The notes under the pieces were generated by a model. It saw nothing but the letters and a program-made list of their open reading frames with translations, searched no databases and was not told the DNA's origin. From NCBI GenBank assembly GCA_964388875.1, contig CAYMCA010000001.1, positions 309 through 40,012 of the forward strand: 39,704 nt of DNA, given 5' to 3'. The translations under genes were made by a program, and so were the position numbers. Positions 32,923 to 39,704 of this stretch are shown piece after piece. Numbering within the stretch: the stretch's first letter is position 1; every line of letters begins with the position of its first letter. Origin of the DNA: Candidatus Woesearchaeota archaeon. GTDB taxonomy: Archaea; Nanobdellota; Nanobdellia; Pacearchaeales; GW2011-AR1.

Positions 32923-33276
32923 ATGCCAAAAAAATTATGCGAAAGAATAATGTATCGGGTAGAAAAGTATCTTGTGCGAGAGTGCCCAAAATGCCGGCAT
33001 AAATTTGACAAGAACGGAAAGGACTGGGTGCTGTATCATGGTGAGATTGCCAGGGGAGAAAAAATTCTCAGAAAAACCTCTGGCTATATTATCTTCGCCT
33101 GCAAACATTGCGAAAACATGACTGCGCAGGTTGTTGAAGAGTCTTTCCAGCTTTCAAGCATCAAGAAAGCAAAAGCGCTTTTGAAAGAAGGGTTTGTCAA
33201 CTTTCAGGAATGCATAGCTGTTGGAAATGTTCCGGAGCGCCATACTGTTCATAAAGATTTCAGCTTTTATAGTTAA
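32923..33276 (+). CDS. Zinc-ribbon-like protein (117 aa)
   Basis: CPKCRH ... CKHCEN. SD aaaggagg. Confidence 0.5.
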   Translation: MPKKLCERIMYRVEKYLVRECPKCRHKFDKNGKDWVLYHGEIARGEKILRKTSGYIIFACKHCENMTAQVVEESFQLSSIKKAKALLKEGFVNFQECIAVGNVPERHTVHKDFSFYS

Positions 33277-33312
33277 GCAGCCATGCCGCAGAAAGGAAAA
33301 GAGGTGATAAAA

Positions 33313-33612
33313 ATGAAGAATTTATCTAACTTGCTTAAGGCTTGGCTGAAGGATGCTGAAAAGCAGATGCCAAAACAGCACAGGCAGAAAACTTCTGAAT
33401 GCCTAGGCATTAAAGAGTTAGGAGAATATCTTGCAGGCAGGCTAAAAGGCATAAAACGCAGAAAGCATATCTCTGCATGCAAATACTGCAAGAGGATGGT
33501 TGCAATAGCGCTTGATGAAATTAAGCCAGAGTATAGCGTAAGGATTGCAATAGGCAAAGATGGCAATCCTATCATAAAGAGCGCAACCAAAGGCGTGGAG
33601 ATAATAAAATGA
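33313..33612 (+). CDS. Hypothetical protein (99 aa)
   Basis: ATG 33313 follows agaggtga. Confidence 0.45.
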   Translation: MKNLSNLLKAWLKDAEKQMPKQHRQKTSECLGIKELGEYLAGRLKGIKRRKHISACKYCKRMVAIALDEIKPEYSVRIAIGKDGNPIIKSATKGVEIIK

Positions 33613-33633
33613 GGGTGGAAAGGAGTGAGAAAG

Positions 33634-33870
33634 ATGAAACTTAAAAATTATATTAGCATCTATGGAACCCTGCTCTTGGTAATCGCTATTATATGGACAC
33701 CCCCTTTAGCAGGCTATCTCGCTGGTAAAATGAGCAGGGAAGATGCAAAGTCGGCTGTTGGCTTGCTGGCAGCAGTTATCTTTGTTTCAATAATTCTGCC
33801 TATCTCAGCAGATGCCATTGATTTCTACTTCAGAAAAAGAAAAGCAGGCGCAATGAAAACAGCCAAATGA
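33634..33870 (+). CDS. Small membrane protein (78 aa)
   Basis: SD ggaaaggag. Two TM helices. Confidence 0.5.
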   Translation: MKLKNYISIYGTLLLVIAIIWTPPLAGYLAGKMSREDAKSAVGLLAAVIFVSIILPISADAIDFYFRKRKAGAMKTAK

Positions 33871-33914
33871 AAGGCAAAAAATTGTATCATGGTATAAAGG
33901 AAAGGAGAAAAGCC

Positions 33915-34580
33915 ATGGAAACAAGAGAGATGGTAAGGTATGGAAACAGGAATGTGAAATGCGTCATAACAGAGATAGCAAAAGAAGAGGCGCAAGGCAA
34001 GGCTGGCAGGGTTGGTGAGTTTAAGCCTGATTTTTCCCTTGCCAAGGAGTATGAAAAGCTTGGATTGCTTAAACAGGCAAATCTGGTGAAACAAGAAGCA
34101 AGAACAGAGCTTCTTAAAAAACTCGGCTTCCGCCTGCTTTCCAGGGATGAGATACTTAGAATTGGAAGGTACTATGCCAACAAGGTTGAAGAGCAAAGAT
34201 GGTTGCCAAACGATAAAAATGATAAATTTAGTGGTATTTTTTCAGGTTTGCGGGCAATGCGGGAATATGGGAGATACTTCACATGCAACCCCTGGGTAAA
34301 GCTGGAGAATATGGACACAGAGCTTATTCCTTTGCAAGTTGCCGGGGCATTAACAACACTTAAGCCTATGTTTGATGATATCTATATTGCTTCAGCAGGG
34401 CAGGTGGAAGAATCAATGGTATATTATTCTCCTGTAGCAGTCGGCATTGCTGGAGCTAGTGTTGCCCTGCTTGCAAGATGGGGAGACTACCCGCCATTCC
34501 TTGATGGCATAGAAGAAAGCCCCAAAGGCATCTGGAAGCTGGACGCAGCACTAGGCAGGCTTTTTGGCCAGAAGAAATAA
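33915..34580 (+). CDS. Hypothetical protein (221 aa; alternative ATGA-overlap start 33867)
   Basis: SD gaaaggag lies 8 nt before ATG 33915. Confidence 0.5.
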   Translation: METREMVRYGNRNVKCVITEIAKEEAQGKAGRVGEFKPDFSLAKEYEKLGLLKQANLVKQEARTELLKKLGFRLLSRDEILRIGRYYANKVEEQRWLPNDKNDKFSGIFSGLRAMREYGRYFTCNPWVKLENMDTELIPLQVAGALTTLKPMFDDIYIASAGQVEESMVYYSPVAVGIAGASVALLARWGDYPPFLDGIEESPKGIWKLDAALGRLFGQKK

Positions 34581-34589
34581 GAATAAGCT

Positions 34590-34800
34590 TGTCATTTAGA
34601 TTGTTTGAGCATTTGAATCAACAAACAAAAAAGCCAGAGGGCTTTTCAGCATTCAAGAGCTGTTTTGTCTTGTCAAGATTGCAAAATCTTGAGCATCTCG
34701 AAAATCAAAAGATTTTCGAAGTCTTGGTGCTGGTTTTTTCTGAGGTGCAGCTTCGCTACATGGGAGCGAGAGTTGGCAACTGCAGAGAGCTCTCTGGCTC
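34590..34800. repeat. Mosaic hairpin repeat (inverted orientation) plus the intact 66 nt module and a terminator-like hairpin
   Basis: 34671-34695 is the reverse complement of the tgctc-stem-gaca unit. 34734-34799 is the uninterrupted form of 14397-14421 plus 14579-14619. Confidence 0.7.
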
Positions 34801-34920
34801 GCTTATTTTTTAGCCGAACAAGAAAGGTAAGGTGATGCGCGACAGATTTCTAAAAGTTGAATGAAAGAATATGCAAGAGCTGTAAAGGGATTTAAAAAGT
34901 TTCAAGGAAAAGGAGGAAAA

Positions 34921-35091
34921 ATGGCAAGGAAACAAACAAAACTTGAGAAGGTTCTTGAACAAGAGCGTATCTACCAGAGTAAAACAAGAGTTTATCATTG
35001 CATAAACGGACATGAAACTATTGCCCGGCCAGGTGGTCCACCACCACTATTCTGTAAATGTGGCAGCATGATAAAAGGTGTATTAGCCTAA
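34921..35091 (+). CDS. Small protein (56 aa) with a possible zinc knuckle
   Basis: SD aaaggagg lies 6 nt before ATG 34921. Contains HCINGH...CKCG. Confidence 0.45.
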   Translation: MARKQTKLEKVLEQERIYQSKTRVYHCINGHETIARPGGPPPLFCKCGSMIKGVLA

Positions 35092-35140
35092 TTATGGGAG
35101 CTGGTTCTTAACCAATTTTTCTTGTTTCAATAGAGTCAGC

Positions 35141-35174
35141 TCCTCCTTGTAAAAATCAAACAGGGAAAGGAGGA
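35141..35174 (+). promoter_or_regulatory. Anti-SD hairpin sequestering the SD of the VIT-vWA gene
   Basis: TCCTCCTT (35141-35148) is the exact complement of AAGGAGGA (35167-35174). The loop is 18 nt. Confidence 0.35.
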
Positions 35175-35181
35175 AAGTAAA

Positions 35182-37533
35182 ATGGGAGAAAGTGGCAAGA
35201 AAGATAAAAAAGGGAAAGAGGCAGGGCAGCCAAAACAGCATATTCCCCTTCAGCATGTTGCATACAGGGCAGATGTGAATGGCGCATTTGCCAGGGTGGA
35301 ATGCGTGCAGGAGTTTAAGAATAATGCAGCAAAGCCTGTTGAGGCAGTTTATGTCTTCCCTGTGCCTGATGATGCATCAGTGACAGAGTGCGAGATGGCA
35401 ATCGGAAAAAAGAATGTTACTGCAGAGCTGAAGAAAAGGAAAGAGGCTCGCGAGGAATATGATAAGGCGGTTGAAGCCGGGCATCATGCCTCATTGCTGG
35501 AGCAGGAGAGGCCTAACATCTTCACAATGAATGTCGGAGGCATTGAGCCGAAAGAGGAAATCAGGGTCAAGGTTGCGTATGTTCAGCGCATTCCGTGGGG
35601 TGTTGGCGGAGCCAGGTTCAGAATTCCACTTGTTGTTGCCCCTCGTTTTATTCCAGGAGTGCCAATAGGCAAGGAGGGGGGAGGCTGGGCTAAAGATACT
35701 GACCAGGTTCAAGACGCATCAAAGATAACGCCTATTGTTGCAGAAGAGGGTGTTTCATATGATGCGGGCATTGAAGTCTCATTCTCGCCGGGATTCAGGT
35801 GCAAGCTAAGCTGCCCATCTCATGAAACAATCATCTCCGAGCAAACAGTTGCAAAAGGCGGCACACTCAAATTAAAGACAGGCAGCATAAGGACAGACAG
35901 GGATTTTACCCTCGTATATGAATCACTGTCCCAAGTGCCTGAGATAGCTGTTCATGCAGGCAGGCATGAAAATGAAAACTTCCTGCTTGCAAGTGTTATT
36001 CCTCCAGGCAATGTGGCTCCTGTCGCTTCAGATATTGTGCTTGTTTTGGACTGCTCAGGAAGCATGTGGGGAGCGAAGATTGCTGGCTTGAGGTTAATTG
36101 CAAAGAAGATTGTTGAAAACCTCAAGAATCAAAAGGTTGGGCATCGCATTGGCATCCAGCCTTTTGACAGCCAGCCATGGGCTGCTCATCCTGTCAGTGA
36201 CATCAATGAGGCAACAGGCAGCTTTATTGATAAATTAGAAGCAAGAGGCGGCACTGAGCTTGGCGCTGCTCTTATGGCTGCAGAGCGCCTGTTTTCTGCA
36301 TCAAGCAAGCCGAGAGTGATGCTCATGGTTACAGACGGAGATACTGAAAGCGGAAAGTATTGGAACGGCAATGGAATCCGCCTTATTGCTGTAGGCATAG
36401 ACACTGCTGTTAATGACACGCTTATCAAGGAGCTTACAAGGAGAAACAATGGCGTGTCAGAGTTTGTCCTGCCTGGAGAGGATTTCAGCGCTGTTTCAAA
36501 CAGGCTTGCCGGATATGTGTCTGGCCCTGTTTTGCAGGATGTTTCTGTGAAGGCAGATGGCGATGTTGTCGGGGTGTCAGATGTGTTTCAGGGCTGGCCT
36601 GCAACAATCTCTGCAAGATTTAAAAATAAAGATTTCCCTGCCTGCAAATTGCATATCACAGGAAAAAACCCTGAAGGCAAGGAGATTTCCTGGAAGCTTG
36701 GCGAGAAAGGCGCAGACAAATGCGATTTTGCCGCACAAATCTGGGCGCGGGATTTTATCAGGGAAAATAAGGATGAGAAAAAGCAGACTGATGCAAGCTT
36801 AAATTATGGAGTGGCTTGCGCATACACATCCTTTGTTGCTGTCTCTGAGAAAAAGGTGCCTGGGCAGAAGCCAGAGCGTGTTGAGATTCCTGTCAATCTT
36901 CCTGCTGGATGGGTGTATGAAAAGGTGTTTGGCACAGGCCTTACACATCGTGGCATAACTGTTGGAGTAGCTTCTTCAGTAAGTCGCGGAGTAAGCCGCA
37001 CAATGGCTGCAGGCCCAGTTGATATGCTTTGTTCAGTTGAGGAGATAAGCACAGGGCCAGAGCCTGCAAATTTATTGAAAGGCAGGATTGTTTCTATTAA
37101 ATCTGGCGGATTTAACTTTGGCGCAACAGGCATAGCAGAGGGGATGATTGCTGTCCTTATTGCTGCTGATAAAGGGAAGAATGAGGATGCAGAAAGAATA
37201 TTCAAGATGTTATGCAAGAGCCTGACACTGAAACTCGCCAAGAAGCTGGATGAAACAACAAGGGCAAAGGCATACTATTTTGCCCTGAGGCTCGCAGCAT
37301 ATGGCTACAAGATTGAGAGAAAGGTAATGAAATATCTCTCATGGAAACCGAGCGCAAAATCTACAGAAGCGCTTGCTTGGCACTATCTTGCGCTAAAGGA
37401 AGCAGGCCGCACAATCCCCTCAACCTCTGCAATCTCTGTGCCTTCTGCTGGCGGCAACGGGTATGATTATATTATGTGGAAGCTTGGCAGGGGTGCAAGG
37501 CCAACTGATATGATTTGGTGCGAGGTTCCATAA
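35182..37533 (+). CDS. VIT domain plus von Willebrand factor type A domain protein (783 aa)
   Basis: VIT-like N-terminus (VYVFPVPDDASVTECEMAIG...EEYDKAVEAGHHASLLEQERPNIFTMNVG). vWA MIDAS motif VLVLDCSGSM, then TELGAAL and MVTDGD. Confidence 0.85.
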   Translation: MGESGKKDKKGKEAGQPKQHIPLQHVAYRADVNGAFARVECVQEFKNNAAKPVEAVYVFPVPDDASVTECEMAIGKKNVTAELKKRKEAREEYDKAVEAGHHASLLEQERPNIFTMNVGGIEPKEEIRVKVAYVQRIPWGVGGARFRIPLVVAPRFIPGVPIGKEGGGWAKDTDQVQDASKITPIVAEEGVSYDAGIEVSFSPGFRCKLSCPSHETIISEQTVAKGGTLKLKTGSIRTDRDFTLVYESLSQVPEIAVHAGRHENENFLLASVIPPGNVAPVASDIVLVLDCSGSMWGAKIAGLRLIAKKIVENLKNQKVGHRIGIQPFDSQPWAAHPVSDINEATGSFIDKLEARGGTELGAALMAAERLFSASSKPRVMLMVTDGDTESGKYWNGNGIRLIAVGIDTAVNDTLIKELTRRNNGVSEFVLPGEDFSAVSNRLAGYVSGPVLQDVSVKADGDVVGVSDVFQGWPATISARFKNKDFPACKLHITGKNPEGKEISWKLGEKGADKCDFAAQIWARDFIRENKDEKKQTDASLNYGVACAYTSFVAVSEKKVPGQKPERVEIPVNLPAGWVYEKVFGTGLTHRGITVGVASSVSRGVSRTMAAGPVDMLCSVEEISTGPEPANLLKGRIVSIKSGGFNFGATGIAEGMIAVLIAADKGKNEDAERIFKMLCKSLTLKLAKKLDETTRAKAYYFALRLAAYGYKIERKVMKYLSWKPSAKSTEALAWHYLALKEAGRTIPSTSAISVPSAGGNGYDYIMWKLGRGARPTDMIWCEVP

Positions 37534-37569
37534 CCTGCAGTTCTATGGTTAAGGCAGTTAAATGCAGTT

Positions 37570-37627
37570 AAAAGAGGGCTGAATCCTGCAAGGTTTTTAT
37601 CAGGCATGACAGCCCTCTTTTCTTTTT
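37570..37627 (+). terminator. Rho-independent terminator after the vWA gene
   Basis: AAAAGAGGGCTG (37570-37581) pairs with CAGCCCTCTTTT (37610-37621), then CTTTTT. Confidence 0.7.
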
Positions 37628-37861
37628 GAAGAAAGATTAGGAAAGATAAAGAAGGAGAAAAAGGGAAGGTGAGAACATGAACAATGCAAACAGCGAAACA
37701 GAAATAGTCTCAGTATTGGGCTTTAAGGTTATAGCTGCTGCTGAAAGCCCGGCTGGCATGAATGAATTAAGCGCCTCAATATCCTGAGGGATAAAGAAAT
37801 TGCTGGTAAATATTCAGGAAACCCGGAAAAGAAAGATATTCTGCTCTGTGTTCTTGGAAGT

Positions 37862-38056
37862 TAACACATCAAAAATGCTCTTTGTGTACGCTGTCTGTTT
37901 CAACTCGCAGAAAGCAAAGGCATTTTTGGGGTGCTCAAAAACTCAAACACGCTCTGTGACTCATCAAAAATCTTTTGGAATTTCGAGATTTTTGAATGTG
38001 CTCAGAAATGCAAGATATCAACAGCATTTCTGACATTAGCCCAGAGTTTTTGACAG
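37862..38056 (+). repeat. Mosaic hairpin repeat, copy D
   Basis: Collinear with 11640-11815 for catcaaaaatgctctttg, cagaaagcaaaggcattttt, gctcaaaaact.aaacacgctctg and ccagagtttttgaca. The internal hairpins differ. Confidence 0.7.
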
Positions 38057-38087
38057 AAATGATTAAAACAACAAAAAGGAGGCGGGA

Positions 38088-38330
38088 ATGACAATAGTCT
38101 TAATGGCTGGAGTTGGTGGGGCAGGTTTTATAGGCTTGTGCATTCTTTATGCAGGAAAGAGCATATTCCTGCGGAAGCAGACTTATATTGTTAAGAAGAC
38201 ATATGTTATACCGCACTCGGATGGGCGCGTTGTTATCTTGGAAGAGGATGGCTCGTCCGTGATAGAAGGAACAAATGAAAGCACGGGCTCTGAGGATAAA
38301 CTGCCTGTCCTAAAACCGCTTGATAGATAA
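38088..38330 (+). CDS. Signal-anchored small protein (80 aa)
   Basis: SD aaaggagg. N-terminal TM helix. Confidence 0.5.
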   Translation: MTIVLMAGVGGAGFIGLCILYAGKSIFLRKQTYIVKKTYVIPHSDGRVVILEEDGSSVIEGTNESTGSEDKLPVLKPLDR

Positions 38331-38342
38331 GGAGGTTAAAAG

Positions 38343-38933
38343 ATGGATAATACAGGAACAAAAATAGCGGCAGAAAGAAAAAAGAATAAACTATCAAGAA
38401 GTGGGCTGGCAAGGAGAATTGGTATTTCAGATGTTCATTTATGGCGGATTGAGAAAAGTCTAAGTCAGCCCGGTGCTTTGGTGTTAGCGAAAATAGCTAA
38501 GGTTTTGGGGAAACCAATGGATTATTTCATGCCAAAGATTATAGTAAGGAACACCAAATTGAATGTAGAGAAGTATCTTGTATATTCAGCACAGCCGTCT
38601 TATACGCCAAGAGTGGCACAGGTAATCAATAGGAGGTTAAAAATGAAAAAGCCAGCTGCATCAGCTTCACTAAAGAGCAAGAAACAAAAAGGGGCAGAAG
38701 TACACAAGATAATCGGGGAGATAAAAGCCGGGACAGAGGAATTGCTTCAGCAGGTTACAACAGCAATTAAGCCGGCAGAAGACCTCAAAAAGAAGGTTGG
38801 AAACTTCACGCTTGTATTAAATGGCTCTGACAATATTTTCTCAGTGTATGCCGAGCTGGAAGAAATAACAAGAAACATAAGAGAGGCAGAGGCAAAGCTC
38901 AAGGCATGCCTTGAGAAACTTGGAGATAGCTAA
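38343..38933 (+). CDS. XRE-family HTH protein with a helical C-terminal extension (196 aa)
   Basis: IAAERKKNKLSRSGLARRIGISDVHLWRIEKSLSQPGALVLAKIAKVLGKPMDYF follows the HTH_3 pattern. SD taaggagg. Confidence 0.75.
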   Translation: MDNTGTKIAAERKKNKLSRSGLARRIGISDVHLWRIEKSLSQPGALVLAKIAKVLGKPMDYFMPKIIVRNTKLNVEKYLVYSAQPSYTPRVAQVINRRLKMKKPAASASLKSKKQKGAEVHKIIGEIKAGTEELLQQVTTAIKPAEDLKKKVGNFTLVLNGSDNIFSVYAELEEITRNIREAEAKLKACLEKLGDS

Positions 38934-38948
38934 GAGGGGAGCGGTGAG

Positions 38949-39182
38949 ATGAAAATTGAAAAAAAGAATATGGGCAAAATAGAAAGAATATCATTAGAAT
39001 TAGTCATAAAAGGCAGGGAGCTTTCAAAAGAAGAGGCTGAGCTTTTAGAGCTTGTTGCAAAACTACTTGCGTTTGGAGCTATACTTTCTGTGGATAGCCC
39101 AGACACGACTAAACTGCACCTGAAAAAAGCCAAAGAGCGTGTAAAGAGTTTAATGAAACTTAGGGATGTTATAAGCAAATAA
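38949..39182 (+). CDS. Hypothetical helical protein (77 aa)
   Basis: SD gaggggag. Confidence 0.45.
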   Translation: MKIEKKNMGKIERISLELVIKGRELSKEEAELLELVAKLLAFGAILSVDSPDTTKLHLKKAKERVKSLMKLRDVISK

Positions 39183-39374
39183 TTTTACAGGGGCATCGCA
39201 TATTTCGGGATTTTTGTCAGGCAATTCAGAGTGGGAAAAATAAAATGGGGGAATTCTCTACAAACATGACATCAAAACAAAGGAAATAGTTTCAGTAATT
39301 AAATGCAAAATATGCACGACAATAGGCAACAAAAGATTTTGACAAAATAAGCGGGCAGAAGAGGGGGTGAGAAA

Positions 39375-39704
39375 ATGTTGTCATTCATTTTAGAGGGCTG
39401 GTTTTTAAGTATCTTGTGGCTTATATGCCTTATAGTAATTTGGGCATGGAATGTATTTCTTGTAGCGTCTAATCTTTTAGGCCTTGGCTGCCTGACAAGA
39501 AAATGGAAAATCGGATTGGCTATTTGTTTTATAGCCGGCATTATTACGGCATACAAAGGCATGTTTTTGGGCGCAAGCAATTCAGGATTACAAATCCTGC
39601 TGGGCGGATTTTTGCTTGACATTTCTGCATTCTTGTATGCCTACTTAATGTTATGGCGGCGCTTTGAACAGAATGGCAATAAGCCTAAGGAGGTTGTTGC
39701 AGAA
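39375..39704 (+). CDS. Membrane protein, 3'-partial (runs off the window), not in the ORF track
   Basis: SD gagggggtga lies 5 nt before ATG 39375. 110 sense codons run to the window end with multiple TM helices. Preferred over antisense ORF 39299-39622. Confidence 0.5.
   Translation, partial: MLSFILEGWFLSILWLICLIVIWAWNVFLVASNLLGLGCLTRKWKIGLAICFIAGIITAYKGMFLGASNSGLQILLGGFLLDISAFLYAYLMLWRRFEQNGNKPKEVVAE

Noticed and set aside
11640-38056. CRISPR array or integron attC sites as the identity of the hairpin repeats.
   Set aside because: The units are not regularly spaced, there are no unique spacers of constant length, and orientation varies. There are no RYYYAAC/GTTRRRY core sites and no cas or intI genes in the window.
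585-39622. All minus-strand ORFs in the six-frame track (for example 2068-2607, 12243-12731, 12847-13419, 16428-16964, 18042-18566, 20599-21096, 28926-29423, 29413-29880, 31536-32015, 36804-37241, 39299-39622).
   Set aside because: Each lies entirely antisense to a + strand gene that has an SD and/or recognisable motifs. None has a convincing SD, and their compositions (Ser/Leu/Cys/Phe-rich) are typical of shadow frames.
1-39704. Prophage or jumbo-phage genome, suggested by the many small co-oriented ORFs.
   Set aside because: I could not recognise a terminase, portal, capsid, tail, integrase or DNA polymerase motif. The presence of an ABC importer, an OMP porin, MscS and lipoproteins fits cellular DNA better. 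Divergent hallmark genes cannot be excluded without profile searches.

Overview
This 39.7 kb window looks like a diderm bacterium, judging from lipoboxes, a beta-barrel OMP ending in Phe and prepilin-type leaders. I saw no rRNA, tRNA, CRISPR array, integrase or phage hallmark gene. Every gene I can defend (about 75) is on the + strand, usually behind a strong AGGAGG-type SD and often with ATGA or short overlaps. All minus-strand ORFs in the track look like shadow ORFs. The window starts with a NitT/TauT-type ABC importer (SBP, permease, ATPase) translationally coupled to a 611 aa classical AAA+ ATPase. After that comes a long run of mostly small secreted, membrane or unknown proteins. Recognisable among them are an MscS-like channel, an M50B-like peptidase, a radical-SAM gene split by one in-frame TGA, four prepilin-leader proteins and a short serpin-like protein. 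Also recognisable are DUF2283, a GH73-like glucosaminidase, a TorF-like porin, two XRE HTH proteins, a Clp_N protein and a VIT-vWA protein. The most interesting locus is 22347-25210, a tightly overlapping four-gene cassette. It encodes an E2-like protein (HxN...GxxC), a JAMM/JAB peptidase, a minimal 230 aa ThiF-type E1 and a 95 aa beta-grasp Ubl ending in a free Gly. It has no CD-NTase, Bil-type or ParB partners. Secondary signals are a mosaic family of flank-conserved, stem-covarying hairpin repeats in five intergenic regions and a 155 bp MITE-like insertion with a TA duplication. There is also a 71 bp direct repeat carrying a conserved 15-codon uORF around one gene, and a roughly 975 bp ORF-free region. 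All functional calls come from motif recognition by eye. No database search was run.
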